Source: an uncultured Actinomycetes bacterium
GTDB taxonomy: Bacteria; Actinomycetota; Acidimicrobiia; IMCC26256; PALSA-610
Direction: 5' to 3'
Assembly: GCA_963835455.1 (NCBI GenBank)
Contig: CAWIFT010000005.1
Location: 140,160 to 204,159, forward strand
DNA length: 64,000 nt
Notes under the pieces: generated by a model
Database searches by the model: none
What the model saw: only the letters and a program-made list of their open reading frames with translations
Told to the model about the DNA's origin: nothing
Shown here: piece after piece, positions 26,281 through 35,510 of the stretch
How positions within the stretch are numbered: the first letter of the stretch is position 1
Layout: each line of letters opens with the position of its first letter
Program-made: the position numbers and the translations under genes

Positions 26281-27503
26281 ACGAGGATCGCGCCGCTGTA
26301 ACACGCCACCCACACGCGGTGGTGCACCGGCTCGTACGCGACGCCGATCGGATGGTCGGGGACGGGGAACGAGTGCACCACGCCGAGGTCCGACGTCTTC
26401 AGCACCGACACCGAGTTCGACGAGTAGTTCACGACATAGAGGGCCTGGCCGTCGGACGACATCGCCATGCTCCGCGGTTGTGACCCGGTCGTCGTGCGCG
26501 CGACCACTTGCCCAGTCGCAGTGTCGACGGCGACGACGCGATTGTCGCCGTTCAGCGTGACGAAGAGGTGCCGGCCGCCCTTCGACAGCACGAGGTGGCG
26601 GGGCGAGTTCCCGACGCCGCGGAAGTACGACAGCGCAAACGTCCGGAGGTCGACGCGCGCGACGTCGAACGACCCCATGACCGCTACGTACGCCACCTGC
26701 CGGGCGCCGTCGACCGCGATCCCGCGCGGGTACGCGCCGAGATGGATGCGCTTCACCTCGTGCAGCGTGTTGTAGTCGAGGATGCTCAGGTCGTAACTGC
26801 ACCAGTTGCTCACGAGCACGTACCTGTCGTCGGGGGTGACGGCGACGTACTTCGGCACCATCCCCACCTGGCCGACCTTGTCGATGGTCAGCGTCTTCAG
26901 GCTCACCCGGTAGACGTAGCTCGGGCTCAGCCCGGCCGGGCCGCGACATTGGTCGGAACCCTCGGGGCCGAAGTTCGCGCCGTACATCGAGTAGTTCGTC
27001 GCGAACATGTACCGGTGCGCGCTGTCGACCGCCGCTTCCACCGGTGCGCCGCGCGAGACCCCCGGGTGGCCGCCGATCCCGAACTGCGCGAGGTCGACGC
27101 CGTCGGGAATCGTCTTCACGAGCGCGGCGGTTCCGGCGTCGTACACGGTCATCGTGTGCTGGTACATCATGTTCTGCGCGAACACGAGGCCGGTATCGGT
27201 CGCGGTCACGGACTTGGGGGAGATCCGGCCGTTGATGGTGTGCACGTGCGTGAGGGTGAAGTCGTCGGCCGGGTTGTGCGGCGTGGTGGTGCTCGTCGTG
27301 GGCGCCGGCGCCGTGGTGGCCGGCGCGGTGGAGGTCGCGGCCGCCGACCGGGGCCTCGTTCCGGTCGGCGAGGAGGCGGCCCCGCCGCGGGCGTGCACCG
27401 TGGGTGACCCGCTCGAGGAGCCGTGCCTCGAGATCGCGACCGCGCCGCCGACCGCGATCGCGATCACGAGCGCGATCCCCACGCGCATCCGGGTCTGATT
27501 CAC
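26268..27503 (-). CDS. YncE/YVTN-type beta-propeller protein, membrane-anchored
   Basis: N-terminal TM; repeats VGMVPKYVAVTPD, LGAYPRGIA, TGSQPRSMA...LYVVNYSSNSVSV. Confidence 0.85.
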   Translation of the reverse strand: MNQTRMRVGIALVIAIAVGGAVAISRHGSSSGSPTVHARGGAASSPTGTRPRSAAATSTAPATTAPAPTTSTTTPHNPADDFTLTHVHTINGRISPKSVTATDTGLVFAQNMMYQHTMTVYDAGTAALVKTIPDGVDLAQFGIGGHPGVSRGAPVEAAVDSAHRYMFATNYSMYGANFGPEGSDQCRGPAGLSPSYVYRVSLKTLTIDKVGQVGMVPKYVAVTPDDRYVLVSNWCSYDLSILDYNTLHEVKRIHLGAYPRGIAVDGARQVAYVAVMGSFDVARVDLRTFALSYFRGVGNSPRHLVLSKGGRHLFVTLNGDNRVVAVDTATGQVVARTTTGSQPRSMAMSSDGQALYVVNYSSNSVSVLKTSDLGVVHSFPVPDHPIGVAYEPVHHRVWVACYSGAILVYDA

Positions 27504-27589
27504 CGCGAAGAGTATGGCGGGCCGGGGCGGGATTGACGTGCCGCCTCCGCACCGCGATGCTGCGTATCCGCCGAACGAGGAGCCGGGAA

Positions 27590-27970
27590 ATGGACGTGCG
27601 TGCCATCGTCGATGTCGAGCCGGAGGTCGAGCACAACGGCACGGTGCCGGTGTGGTACCTGGTGCACCCGCGCGAGATGAAGGCGTTGACCGAAGGTGGG
27701 CACCTCGAACTCGTCAACGAGTTCGAGGTTGCGAACGGTGGGTACGTGTATCCCCACTCGCATCCGACGCACGAGTTCTACTTCGTGATGTCCGGCCGCG
27801 GTGTGATGACGATCGACGGTGAAGACCGCGACGTGTCACCCGGCGACTTCATCTACATCCCGCCGGACCTCGTGCACAGTCTTCGTCCGACGGGTGGCGG
27901 CGCGATCCACTGTTTCTGCTTCGCGGTCGCGGTCGCGGGCGCGCCGGAGATCGACTACACGTCGCATTGA
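27590..27970 (+). CDS. Cupin domain protein
   Basis: PHSHPTHEFYFVMSGRG and PGDFIYIPPDLVHSL cupin motifs. Confidence 0.9.
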   Translation: MDVRAIVDVEPEVEHNGTVPVWYLVHPREMKALTEGGHLELVNEFEVANGGYVYPHSHPTHEFYFVMSGRGVMTIDGEDRDVSPGDFIYIPPDLVHSLRPTGGGAIHCFCFAVAVAGAPEIDYTSH

Positions 27971-29506
27971 CTAGTTGTTGTCGGGGCAAGGTGTTCCCGA
28001 CAACGACTGCGTGAGCGTGACCGTCCCGGTCGGGAGGCCGTGCAGCCGGGTCCAGCCGCCGTCGGTCGCGGCCGCGCACCCGCCGGGCGCCACCGACCAG
28101 TGCTTCGTCGCGCGCACGCGGAGCACCAGATCACCGGAACCGGTGACGTTGAGGGTCACGCGATCGGGTGACATCGACTGCAGCGTCGCGGGACCGTCGA
28201 CGAGGCCGGCGAAGCCGGCAACCTTCCACACGCGCCAGTGCGCGTCGCGCCAGACTTCGTGGAGGTAGGGCAGCCCGCTCATGATCAGGGACCGCTCGCC
28301 GAGGGACGAGTCGTCGAGGCGCGCATCGGGGAGCGCGACGTACTCGACCCCGTTGGCGTGCAACCACATCCGGTACGTGGCGGCGGTGAGCGGAGCCGCG
28401 TAGAAGAGCGGGTTGTACGCGATGTCGAGCTGGCGCTCCCAGCCGCGCGCCAACAGCATGTGCGGCGCGGCGTAGGCCGCCTCCCAGTGGCGGTACGTCG
28501 ACGGGATCTCGACCCGACCGATGGTTCCCGCCGTGCCGCCGAGCCCCGCGTCACCCCCGAGATACGTGAGGAGCGGCTGGTAGTAGGACGCGTGCGTCGA
28601 CGGATCGGTGTGGGCGAAGGCGATGCCGTCGACCGCGGGGAACCACTGCCAGATGAGCAGCGGGATCGCGAGGGCCGCGAGCACGAGACGCCGGCGGGGG
28701 AGCAGCGCACACGCGAGAAGCGGTCCGGCCACGTACTGGTCGAGACGACTGACGTTGCCGCCCAATGCGGTCGGAACGACGTACGAACCGATCGCGACCA
28801 CCGCGAAGCACGCGGCGCCCCAACGCGCGGCGGTGTGCTTCCACAATGCGGCCGCGACGATCGCGCAGAGACAGAGGTCCCAGATCAACGCCCATGGTTC
28901 GTACGGTTCCATTCCGGCCGACGGGAAGAGCACCGCGATCACTGCGATCGGCGCGAGTGCGCCGGCGAGCAGCGCGAGCGCTTGTTTGCGCTGCGCGGGT
29001 TGGGAGCCGGCCCACGCAACCGCGACGATCGCGAGGAAGCATCCGGCGAGCGGGCTCGCCAGCGACGACAGCACCGCGCATCCGACCGCGATCACGACCC
29101 GGCGGTGTTGGAGTGCGTAGATCGCGCCCAGCGCGAGCACGACCCCGAACGCGTACGTCGTGCGGCCGACGATGAGGTTGATCACCGTACCGAGCGCGAA
29201 CCAGAGGCTGCCGAGCCACGCGACCGCACCGAACGAGAAGCGCAGGATGCGTTCGAACATGAACGCCGACGCGATGCCGCTGATCGCGCCGAGCGCGAGC
29301 GGACCGATCGGTGCGCTGATCGCGGGCGCGATCACGCTGTAGTTGAGCACCGCGTGGCCGCCGAACCACTGGCTGTTCCACAGCACGAACCCGTCCTGGC
29401 GGAAGAGCTCGGCGCGGAAGATCTGCGCGGGGAGGTCGGAGCCGCGCCAGCCCAGCGTGATCGCGAGGAGCGCGAGCACTCCGGCGACCACGACGGCCGC
29501 GGTCAT
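27971..29506 (-). CDS. Multi-pass membrane protein, GT-C-like fold suspected
   Basis: About 10-12 TM; N-terminal loop SDLPAQ...WNSQWFGGH; soluble C-terminal domain LARGWERQLD; start uncertain (29506/29572/29647). Confidence 0.6.
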   Translation of the reverse strand: MTAAVVVAGVLALLAITLGWRGSDLPAQIFRAELFRQDGFVLWNSQWFGGHAVLNYSVIAPAISAPIGPLALGAISGIASAFMFERILRFSFGAVAWLGSLWFALGTVINLIVGRTTYAFGVVLALGAIYALQHRRVVIAVGCAVLSSLASPLAGCFLAIVAVAWAGSQPAQRKQALALLAGALAPIAVIAVLFPSAGMEPYEPWALIWDLCLCAIVAAALWKHTAARWGAACFAVVAIGSYVVPTALGGNVSRLDQYVAGPLLACALLPRRRLVLAALAIPLLIWQWFPAVDGIAFAHTDPSTHASYYQPLLTYLGGDAGLGGTAGTIGRVEIPSTYRHWEAAYAAPHMLLARGWERQLDIAYNPLFYAAPLTAATYRMWLHANGVEYVALPDARLDDSSLGERSLIMSGLPYLHEVWRDAHWRVWKVAGFAGLVDGPATLQSMSPDRVTLNVTGSGDLVLRVRATKHWSVAPGGCAAATDGGWTRLHGLPTGTVTLTQSLSGTPCPDNN

Positions 29507-29691
29507 CGTGGGCCATCCGTCGAGGAAACGGTTCGGACGCGGGCGCGTCGTGACCGCGAACGTTCCGCTCACCACCGGCCTCCGACCGCACCATGCACCG
29601 GTCACGAGGTTACAGGCCGGCCTCGGAATCCGAAGATGGGGGCACAAATATCGGTGAGAGGGCGTGCTCGTGACTACTAGCGTCGCCCGGC

Positions 29692-30621
29692 ATGGGGGAT
29701 CCGATGATCGAGGCGCGCGCGCTCACGAAGCGCTTCGGCTCGTTCGTCGCGGTCGACGGCATCGACTTCGCGATCGAATCGGGTGAGGCCTTCGGCTTCC
29801 TGGGCCCGAACGGCGCGGGCAAGACGTCGACGATGCGGATGATCGGCTGCGTGTCGCCACGCTCAGATGGCGAGTTGCGCGTGCTCGGGCTCGACCCCGC
29901 GCACGACGGGCCGGAGATCCGCGCCCGCATCGGTGTCGTGCCGCAGGAGGACAACCTCGACACCGAATTGACGGTGTGGGACAACCTCATGATCTACGGC
30001 CGCTACTTCGATCTGCCGCGGCGGGAGATCCGTGAACGGTCGGCCGAGCTGCTCGAGTTCGTGCAGCTGAGCGACCGGCGCGACTCGCGCGTCGATCCGC
30101 TCTCGGGCGGCATGAAACGCCGGCTCACGATCGCGCGTTCGCTCATCAACCGGCCGGAGCTCTTGTTGCTCGACGAGCCCACCACAGGACTCGACCCGCA
30201 GGCGCGCCATCTCCTCTGGGACCGTCTCTACCAACTGAAGCGCAGCGGCGTGACGCTCGTGCTCACGACGCACTACATGGACGAAGCCGAGCAGCTGTGC
30301 GATCGGCTCGTGATCATGGACAACGCGAGGATCGTGGCCGAGGGTTCGCCGCGGCAGTTGATCGTCGACAACGTCACGCGGGAAGTCGTCGAGGTGCGGC
30401 TGCCGATCGAGGCCGACGCCGCGGCCGAGGTCGCCAAGCTCGAGCGGCTCGCGGACCGGATCGAGCCCCTCGCGGATCGCGTGCTCCTCTACACCGACGA
30501 CGGTGACGCCACTTCGAGCGCGGTCGCGAAGGAAGGCTTCGACCTCGACACCGTTCTCGTGCGACGGGCGAGCCTCGAGGACGTCTTCTTGATCCTCACC
30601 GGCCGCACGCTCGAGGACTGA
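29692..30621 (+). CDS. ABC transporter ATP-binding protein (NodI/DrrA-like)
   Basis: GPNGAGKTS, LSGGMKRR, LLLDEPTTGLD, THYMDEAE. Confidence 0.93.
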   Translation: MGDPMIEARALTKRFGSFVAVDGIDFAIESGEAFGFLGPNGAGKTSTMRMIGCVSPRSDGELRVLGLDPAHDGPEIRARIGVVPQEDNLDTELTVWDNLMIYGRYFDLPRREIRERSAELLEFVQLSDRRDSRVDPLSGGMKRRLTIARSLINRPELLLLDEPTTGLDPQARHLLWDRLYQLKRSGVTLVLTTHYMDEAEQLCDRLVIMDNARIVAEGSPRQLIVDNVTREVVEVRLPIEADAAAEVAKLERLADRIEPLADRVLLYTDDGDATSSAVAKEGFDLDTVLVRRASLEDVFLILTGRTLED

Positions 30622-30630
30622 GAGCGTCCG

Positions 30631-31404
30631 GTGGCGACTCCTCCGATCGTTCGTGTCGTCGAGCGCGAAGCACTCGTGTACGCGCGCCTGTGGCGCGGGC
30701 TCGCGTTCAGCACGTTCGTGCAGCCCGCGCTGTATCTGGCTGCCATGGGTATCGGACTCGGCGGACTCGTGAGCGCACACTCCGGCTCCGTGGACGGCCT
30801 CACCTATCTCGACTTCGTCGCGCCGGGCCTCCTCGTCGCGAGTGCGTCGCAGCTCGCGGCGTCCGAGTCGATGTGGCCGGTGCTCGGCGGCGCCAAGTGG
30901 ATGCGGCAGTACCACGGCGTCGTCGCGACACCGATCGCGCCGGGCGAGCTCTACGGCGGGTTCGTCCTCTGGACGGCGATGCACGCGATGCTCGGCGCAA
31001 CCGCGTTCCTTCTCGTCGCGGCGCTGCTCGGTGCGATCCCGTCGGCCTGGGGCATCCTCGCCGTCCCGGCCGCCGGCCTCTGCGCCGCCGCGTTCAGCGC
31101 GCTGTTGGCGTCGTTCTCGATCACTCAGGAGTCCGACGCGTCGTTCCCGCTGATCATGCGCCTGGCGATCCTCCCGATGTTCTTGTTCTCGGGGACGTTC
31201 TTCCCGATCAGCCAGCTCCCGCCGGTGTTGCGAACGCTCGCGTGGCTCTCGCCGTTGTGGCACGGCGTCGAGCTCGCGCGTGACGCGACGACGGGCCACT
31301 TCGACATCCCCGCCGATATCGCACACGTTGCGGTACTGCTGGCCTGTATCGCCGCCGGTGCACTCATCGGGGTGGGCTCGTTCGCGAGGCGGTTGAGCTC
31401 GTGA
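30631..31404 (+). CDS. ABC-2 type transporter permease
   Basis: YLDFVAPGL, FLFSGTFFP, SPLWHGVEL; about 6 TM. Confidence 0.9.
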   Translation: MATPPIVRVVEREALVYARLWRGLAFSTFVQPALYLAAMGIGLGGLVSAHSGSVDGLTYLDFVAPGLLVASASQLAASESMWPVLGGAKWMRQYHGVVATPIAPGELYGGFVLWTAMHAMLGATAFLLVAALLGAIPSAWGILAVPAAGLCAAAFSALLASFSITQESDASFPLIMRLAILPMFLFSGTFFPISQLPPVLRTLAWLSPLWHGVELARDATTGHFDIPADIAHVAVLLACIAAGALIGVGSFARRLSS

Positions 31405-32213
31405 CGACGACGATGCGCCGAACGCCGGTGCTGACCGTGCCCTTCCTCCGCTGGCGGAGCCGGCCGTGGCGGCTCGTCGAACGCAACATCCTCGCGTACC
31501 GGCGCATCTGGTACATCTTCCTGAGCGGCTTCGCGGAACCGCTCCTGTTCTTGTTGTCCATCGGTGTCGGTGTCGGCAAGCTCGTCGGCGACATCGAGGT
31601 CGGCGGTCAGCTGGTGTCGTACCGCACGTTCGTCGCGCCCGGACTCCTCGCGATCGCGGCCATGAACGGATCGCTGCTCGACACGACGTTCAACTTCTTC
31701 GTGAAGATGAAGTACTCGCACACGTACGACGCGGTGCTGGCTTCGCCGCTGTCGCCGCGCGACGTCGCCAAAGGGGAGATCACGTGGGCGTTGCTGCGCG
31801 GCGCGTGCTATTCGGCCGCGTTCCTCGTGACGATGTTCTTCTTCGGTGACATCACGTCGGGTTGGGCCGTACTCGCGCTTCCCGGTGCGGTGCTGATCGG
31901 CTTCGGGTTCGCGGGAGTCGGGTTGGCGGCGACCACGTTCATGCGCTCCTTCGTCGACTTCGACTACGTGAACATGGTGATGATCCCCCTGTTCCTCTTT
32001 TCGGCCACCTTCTTCCCGTTGTCGCGCTATCCCGCGGGCCTGCAGGCGATCGTCCGGGTCACGCCCCTGTACCAGGGGGTGGTGCTGGAGCGGTCGTTCG
32101 TCATCGGCGATCTCCACTGGACGCTGCTGGTCAACGCTGCGTATCTCGCCGCCATGGGCTGGATCGGCCTGCGGGTGGCCTCCCGCCGGCTCGGCCTCCT
32201 GCTGCAGCCCTGA
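31401..32213 (+). CDS. ABC-2 type transporter permease
   Basis: FVAPGLLA, FLFSATFFP, TPLYQGV; GTGA coupling. Confidence 0.9.
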   Translation: MTTTMRRTPVLTVPFLRWRSRPWRLVERNILAYRRIWYIFLSGFAEPLLFLLSIGVGVGKLVGDIEVGGQLVSYRTFVAPGLLAIAAMNGSLLDTTFNFFVKMKYSHTYDAVLASPLSPRDVAKGEITWALLRGACYSAAFLVTMFFFGDITSGWAVLALPGAVLIGFGFAGVGLAATTFMRSFVDFDYVNMVMIPLFLFSATFFPLSRYPAGLQAIVRVTPLYQGVVLERSFVIGDLHWTLLVNAAYLAAMGWIGLRVASRRLGLLLQP

Positions 32214-32258
32214 CCGGGCTGCTCAAGCCGGGACGCGAGTGTCCCGATCCTTCTTCTC

Positions 32259-32894
32259 GTGGCCGAGGATGACAGGTCCGGGCCGTGGAGTCCGGCGACG
32301 GAAGCCCGGGCGGCGACGGTCGTCGGTCAGCTCGAACGCATGCGCCCGGACGCATTCGCGCACGCGCGGCGCGTTGCGCATCTCGCCGTGCGCGTCGCGC
32401 GCCACGCGCACCTGCCCGAATCGCTCGCGTCGCAGATCTACTGGGGTGCGCTCGTGCACGACGTCGGCGAGCTCAACGTTCGGCCCGAGCTCCTGCAGAA
32501 GGACTCGTGGATCGACGAACGTGAGCGCATGGCGATCTGTGAGCACACGATCGTCGGCGCGCGTTGGCTGGCGGGAGTGCCCGGGCTCGCGCCGCTGGTC
32601 CCGTTCGCGCGCTGGCACCACGAACGCTTCGACGGTCTCGGCTACCCCGACGGCGCGAGCTCGGGGCAGGTTCCTCTCGCGGTCGCGCTCGTCGGGGTCT
32701 GCGACGCGTGGGATGCGCTGACCGAACCCCGCCCGTACCGCGATCCGCTGAGCATCGACGACGCCGCGACCGAGATGTGGCGCTACGCCGGTCAGCAGTG
32801 GAGCCGCGCGCTCGTCACGTGGACGATCGACTGCGCCCAGGACTTCGCCGGCGCGACCGTGATGGAGGAGCTCGACGACGACGAGGTGGTCTGA
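32259..32894 (+). CDS. Stand-alone HD-GYP domain protein
   Basis: HARRVA, HDVG, EHT, HHERFDGLGYP, DAWDALT..RPYR. Confidence 0.88.
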   Translation: MAEDDRSGPWSPATEARAATVVGQLERMRPDAFAHARRVAHLAVRVARHAHLPESLASQIYWGALVHDVGELNVRPELLQKDSWIDERERMAICEHTIVGARWLAGVPGLAPLVPFARWHHERFDGLGYPDGASSGQVPLAVALVGVCDAWDALTEPRPYRDPLSIDDAATEMWRYAGQQWSRALVTWTIDCAQDFAGATVMEELDDDEVV

Positions 32895-32943
32895 GCCGAA
32901 CGGTCTTGGCGCGCCGATCCGTGCCGCGCCTACCGTTTGCGGC

Positions 32944-33768
32944 GTGATCCGTCGGGTGTTCAAGAACCTCGCCGTACTCGACTCCGGCGCGGCCCCCGCC
33001 GCGTCGGCGCAACTCGAGCGTGACGGTTACGCGCGTTTGCCAGGCGTGTTCGGCCCGGCCGAGGTCGCGCAGATGCGCGCCGAGATCGACGAGGTCTTCG
33101 AGACGTTCCCGCCCGAGCGGGCGCGGGGCGACAAGGACGAGTTCCGCTACGAGATGCTCAACCGCAGCGCCGCGTGCCAGGCCGCGGTGATGCATCCCCG
33201 GATCCTCGAAGTGATCGAGCCCTTGCTGGGCGACGACTGTCACGTGATCGCGAATACCGCGTGGCGCAACCCGCCCGAGTTCGCGGGCGGACCGTGGCAT
33301 TGCGACGCGGGACCGCACGTGCCCCGCCCCGAAGGCGTGCCCTGGGACGATCGGATCCCGTACCCCGTGTTCGCGGTCGCCACGCATCTCTATCTGCAGG
33401 ACTGCGCGCGCGCCGACGGCCCGACCGCGGTCGTGCCCGGGAGCCACCGTTCCGGCCGCCTCCCGCCGTTCGACCAGATGAAGACCGAGGAGCTGTCGTA
33501 CGACGGTCGACCCCCGGTGTTGTTCGAGGTCGAGGCGGGCGATGTCGGGCTCTTCGTCTCCGACGCCTGGCATCGCGGTGTGCCCGCCGGACCCGGGGGC
33601 CGCGGGCGGTATTTCCTGCAGGTCCACTACGCGCGCCGTGACATCGCCCAGCGCATCCGCACGACCGACGAGGTGAACCAGGTCTCGCCCGAGGCGTTCG
33701 CGCGCGCGACCACCGAACGGGCGCGTACGGTGATCGGCCTCCACGCCCCGTTCTTCTACGACGCCTGA
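32944..33768 (+). CDS. Phytanoyl-CoA dioxygenase (PhyH) family protein
   Basis: RDGY, WHCD, GPTAVVPGSH, AGD...WHRG. Confidence 0.87.
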   Translation: MIRRVFKNLAVLDSGAAPAASAQLERDGYARLPGVFGPAEVAQMRAEIDEVFETFPPERARGDKDEFRYEMLNRSAACQAAVMHPRILEVIEPLLGDDCHVIANTAWRNPPEFAGGPWHCDAGPHVPRPEGVPWDDRIPYPVFAVATHLYLQDCARADGPTAVVPGSHRSGRLPPFDQMKTEELSYDGRPPVLFEVEAGDVGLFVSDAWHRGVPAGPGGRGRYFLQVHYARRDIAQRIRTTDEVNQVSPEAFARATTERARTVIGLHAPFFYDA

Positions 33769-33786
33769 TCGGCCGCGGCCTGCGGG

Positions 33787-34242
33787 TCAGATGTCGAGCG
33801 GGCAGTTGTCGGTGATGCCCAGCACTTCGAGTGTGCGCCCGAGGCCGAGGAACACTGCACAGCACAGCGTGAGATCGAGAATCTCGTCGTCGGCGAAATA
33901 CGCACGAAGCCGCGTGAACAGCTCGTCGTCGATCGTGCGGTGGTCGGCGGCGAACCGTTCTGCGTACTCGATCGCGAGTCGCTGACGGTCCGAGTAGCCG
34001 GGCCACGTTCGCCATTCCTCGAGGTGCGTGTAGACGTCCTCGTTCACGCCCCCTTCGACGACCGACGGCGCGCGAAACGTCGAGCACGCGTCACACGCGT
34101 TGAGTTGTGCGATCCGCATGCGCGCGGCTTCGCGTTCGGCGGCCGGCAGCTTCGACCGTTGGTACGCGGTGGTGATCATGTTGTAGGAGATCTCTCTCAT
34201 CCACCTCTCGAACGTGGGGTCATCGCCGCCGTCTTCGCTCAC
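33787..34242 (-). CDS. Carboxymuconolactone decarboxylase / AhpD-like protein
   Basis: REAARMRIAQLNACDAC (CxxC), RLAIEYAE, DDEILDLT. Confidence 0.82.
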   Translation of the reverse strand: MSEDGGDDPTFERWMREISYNMITTAYQRSKLPAAEREAARMRIAQLNACDACSTFRAPSVVEGGVNEDVYTHLEEWRTWPGYSDRQRLAIEYAERFAADHRTIDDELFTRLRAYFADDEILDLTLCCAVFLGLGRTLEVLGITDNCPLDI

Positions 34243-34303
34243 GCACCCGTCCTCAGCCGAAAATCGTCCCTCACGCAGATCGCCGAACTGCTGGACTGAT
34301 CCC

Positions 34304-34801
34304 GTGCAAGACGTTCGGGTTCGCCTGGCCGCGGCTGAGGACTTCACCTTTCTCGCGACCATGCTCGGCGAGGCCGCCGTCTGGCGCCCCGACAAGCCGA
34401 CACCGACCGCTGACCAGGTGCTCGCCGATCCGCGCTACGCGCTGTACCTCGCTGGATGGCCGAGGCAAGGTGACTATGGACTGGTTGCCGAACAAGACGG
34501 ACCGGTGGGCGCGGCTTGGTACCGGACATTCACCGAGGCGAGCCACGGCTATGGCTTCGTCGCTGAGGATGTCCCCGAACTGGCGATCGCGGTCATCGCG
34601 TCCCGTCGGCACGAGGGGATCGGACGACGGCTCCTCATCGGCCTCGTCAACGCCGGCGTTGGTCAGGGATTCCCGGCTCTGAGTCTCAGCGTGCGCGAAG
34701 AGAATCCGGCGCGCGGCCTCTACGAGTCGGTCGGCTTCGTCTGTGTCAGGAAGCACGGATCGTCGTGGACGATGGTCCGCCACGCCGCTCAATCGACGTG
34801 A
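34304..34801 (+). CDS. GNAT family N-acetyltransferase
   Basis: GAAWYR, GYGFV...PELAIAV..RRHEGIG, LSLSV..NPARGLYESVGF. Confidence 0.88.
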   Translation: MQDVRVRLAAAEDFTFLATMLGEAAVWRPDKPTPTADQVLADPRYALYLAGWPRQGDYGLVAEQDGPVGAAWYRTFTEASHGYGFVAEDVPELAIAVIASRRHEGIGRRLLIGLVNAGVGQGFPALSLSVREENPARGLYESVGFVCVRKHGSSWTMVRHAAQST

Positions 34802-34865
34802 GCGACTACCCGGCGCTGCGTCCGGTCGATCGAACAGAGCGGTAGGGATGATGATGGCGAGCGGG

Positions 34866-35469
34866 CTATTTCGGTCGGGCGCGTTGCTGGGGATGGATCG
34901 TTTCGCCACGAGCCAGCATCTCTACGAATTGGTCGATCCGACGAGAGCGAGTCTCGGCACGCTTCGCCGTTTCGATGCGGTACAACACCGCGTATCGGTT
35001 GGCGCCGTTCAGGTCGGCGAACATCTTCTCCGCAGCAGGGTTGGCCGACAATGCGGCCGCGAGATCGGCCGGAACCGACGCCGTCTGCCTGTCCCGAATA
35101 CGCAGCGGCCCAGCGGCCATCGGCCTTGGCTTGGTCGATCTCGGCAAGCCCGGCCGGCAGCATCCGGCCTTCCGCGATCAGTTCCTCGGCGATGCGGAGA
35201 TTGCGCTTCGACCACTGACTGGTGCGGCGCCTGGGAGTGAACCGCTGCGCGAAGGTCGTGGCGTCGCGGCTTCGCTTCTGACCGTCGATCCATCCCTGGC
35301 ACAGCGCTTCTTCCAGGGCCTGGGCATAGGTCAGGCTGGTCGGGTCAGTCATGCCTTTCTTGGCGAGGACCAACCAAACGCCCTCGGAACGGTCGCGATT
35401 CGCGTCGAGCCAGGCCCGAAACGCCGCCGCATCCGAAACGATCAAGGTCGGAACATCAAGTCGTGCCAT
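34866..35469 (-). CDS. YdeI/OmpD-associated family protein; +1 frameshift near 35086
   Basis: AFRAWL, EEALCQGWIDG, RFTPRR..SQWS in one frame; VPADLAAAL, NRYAVL..AKRAETR in the next. Confidence 0.85.
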
Positions 35470-35510
35470 ACGCCGCCCACATTGCCCGCTCTGGGCCGCT
35501 TGTGCGAGCG

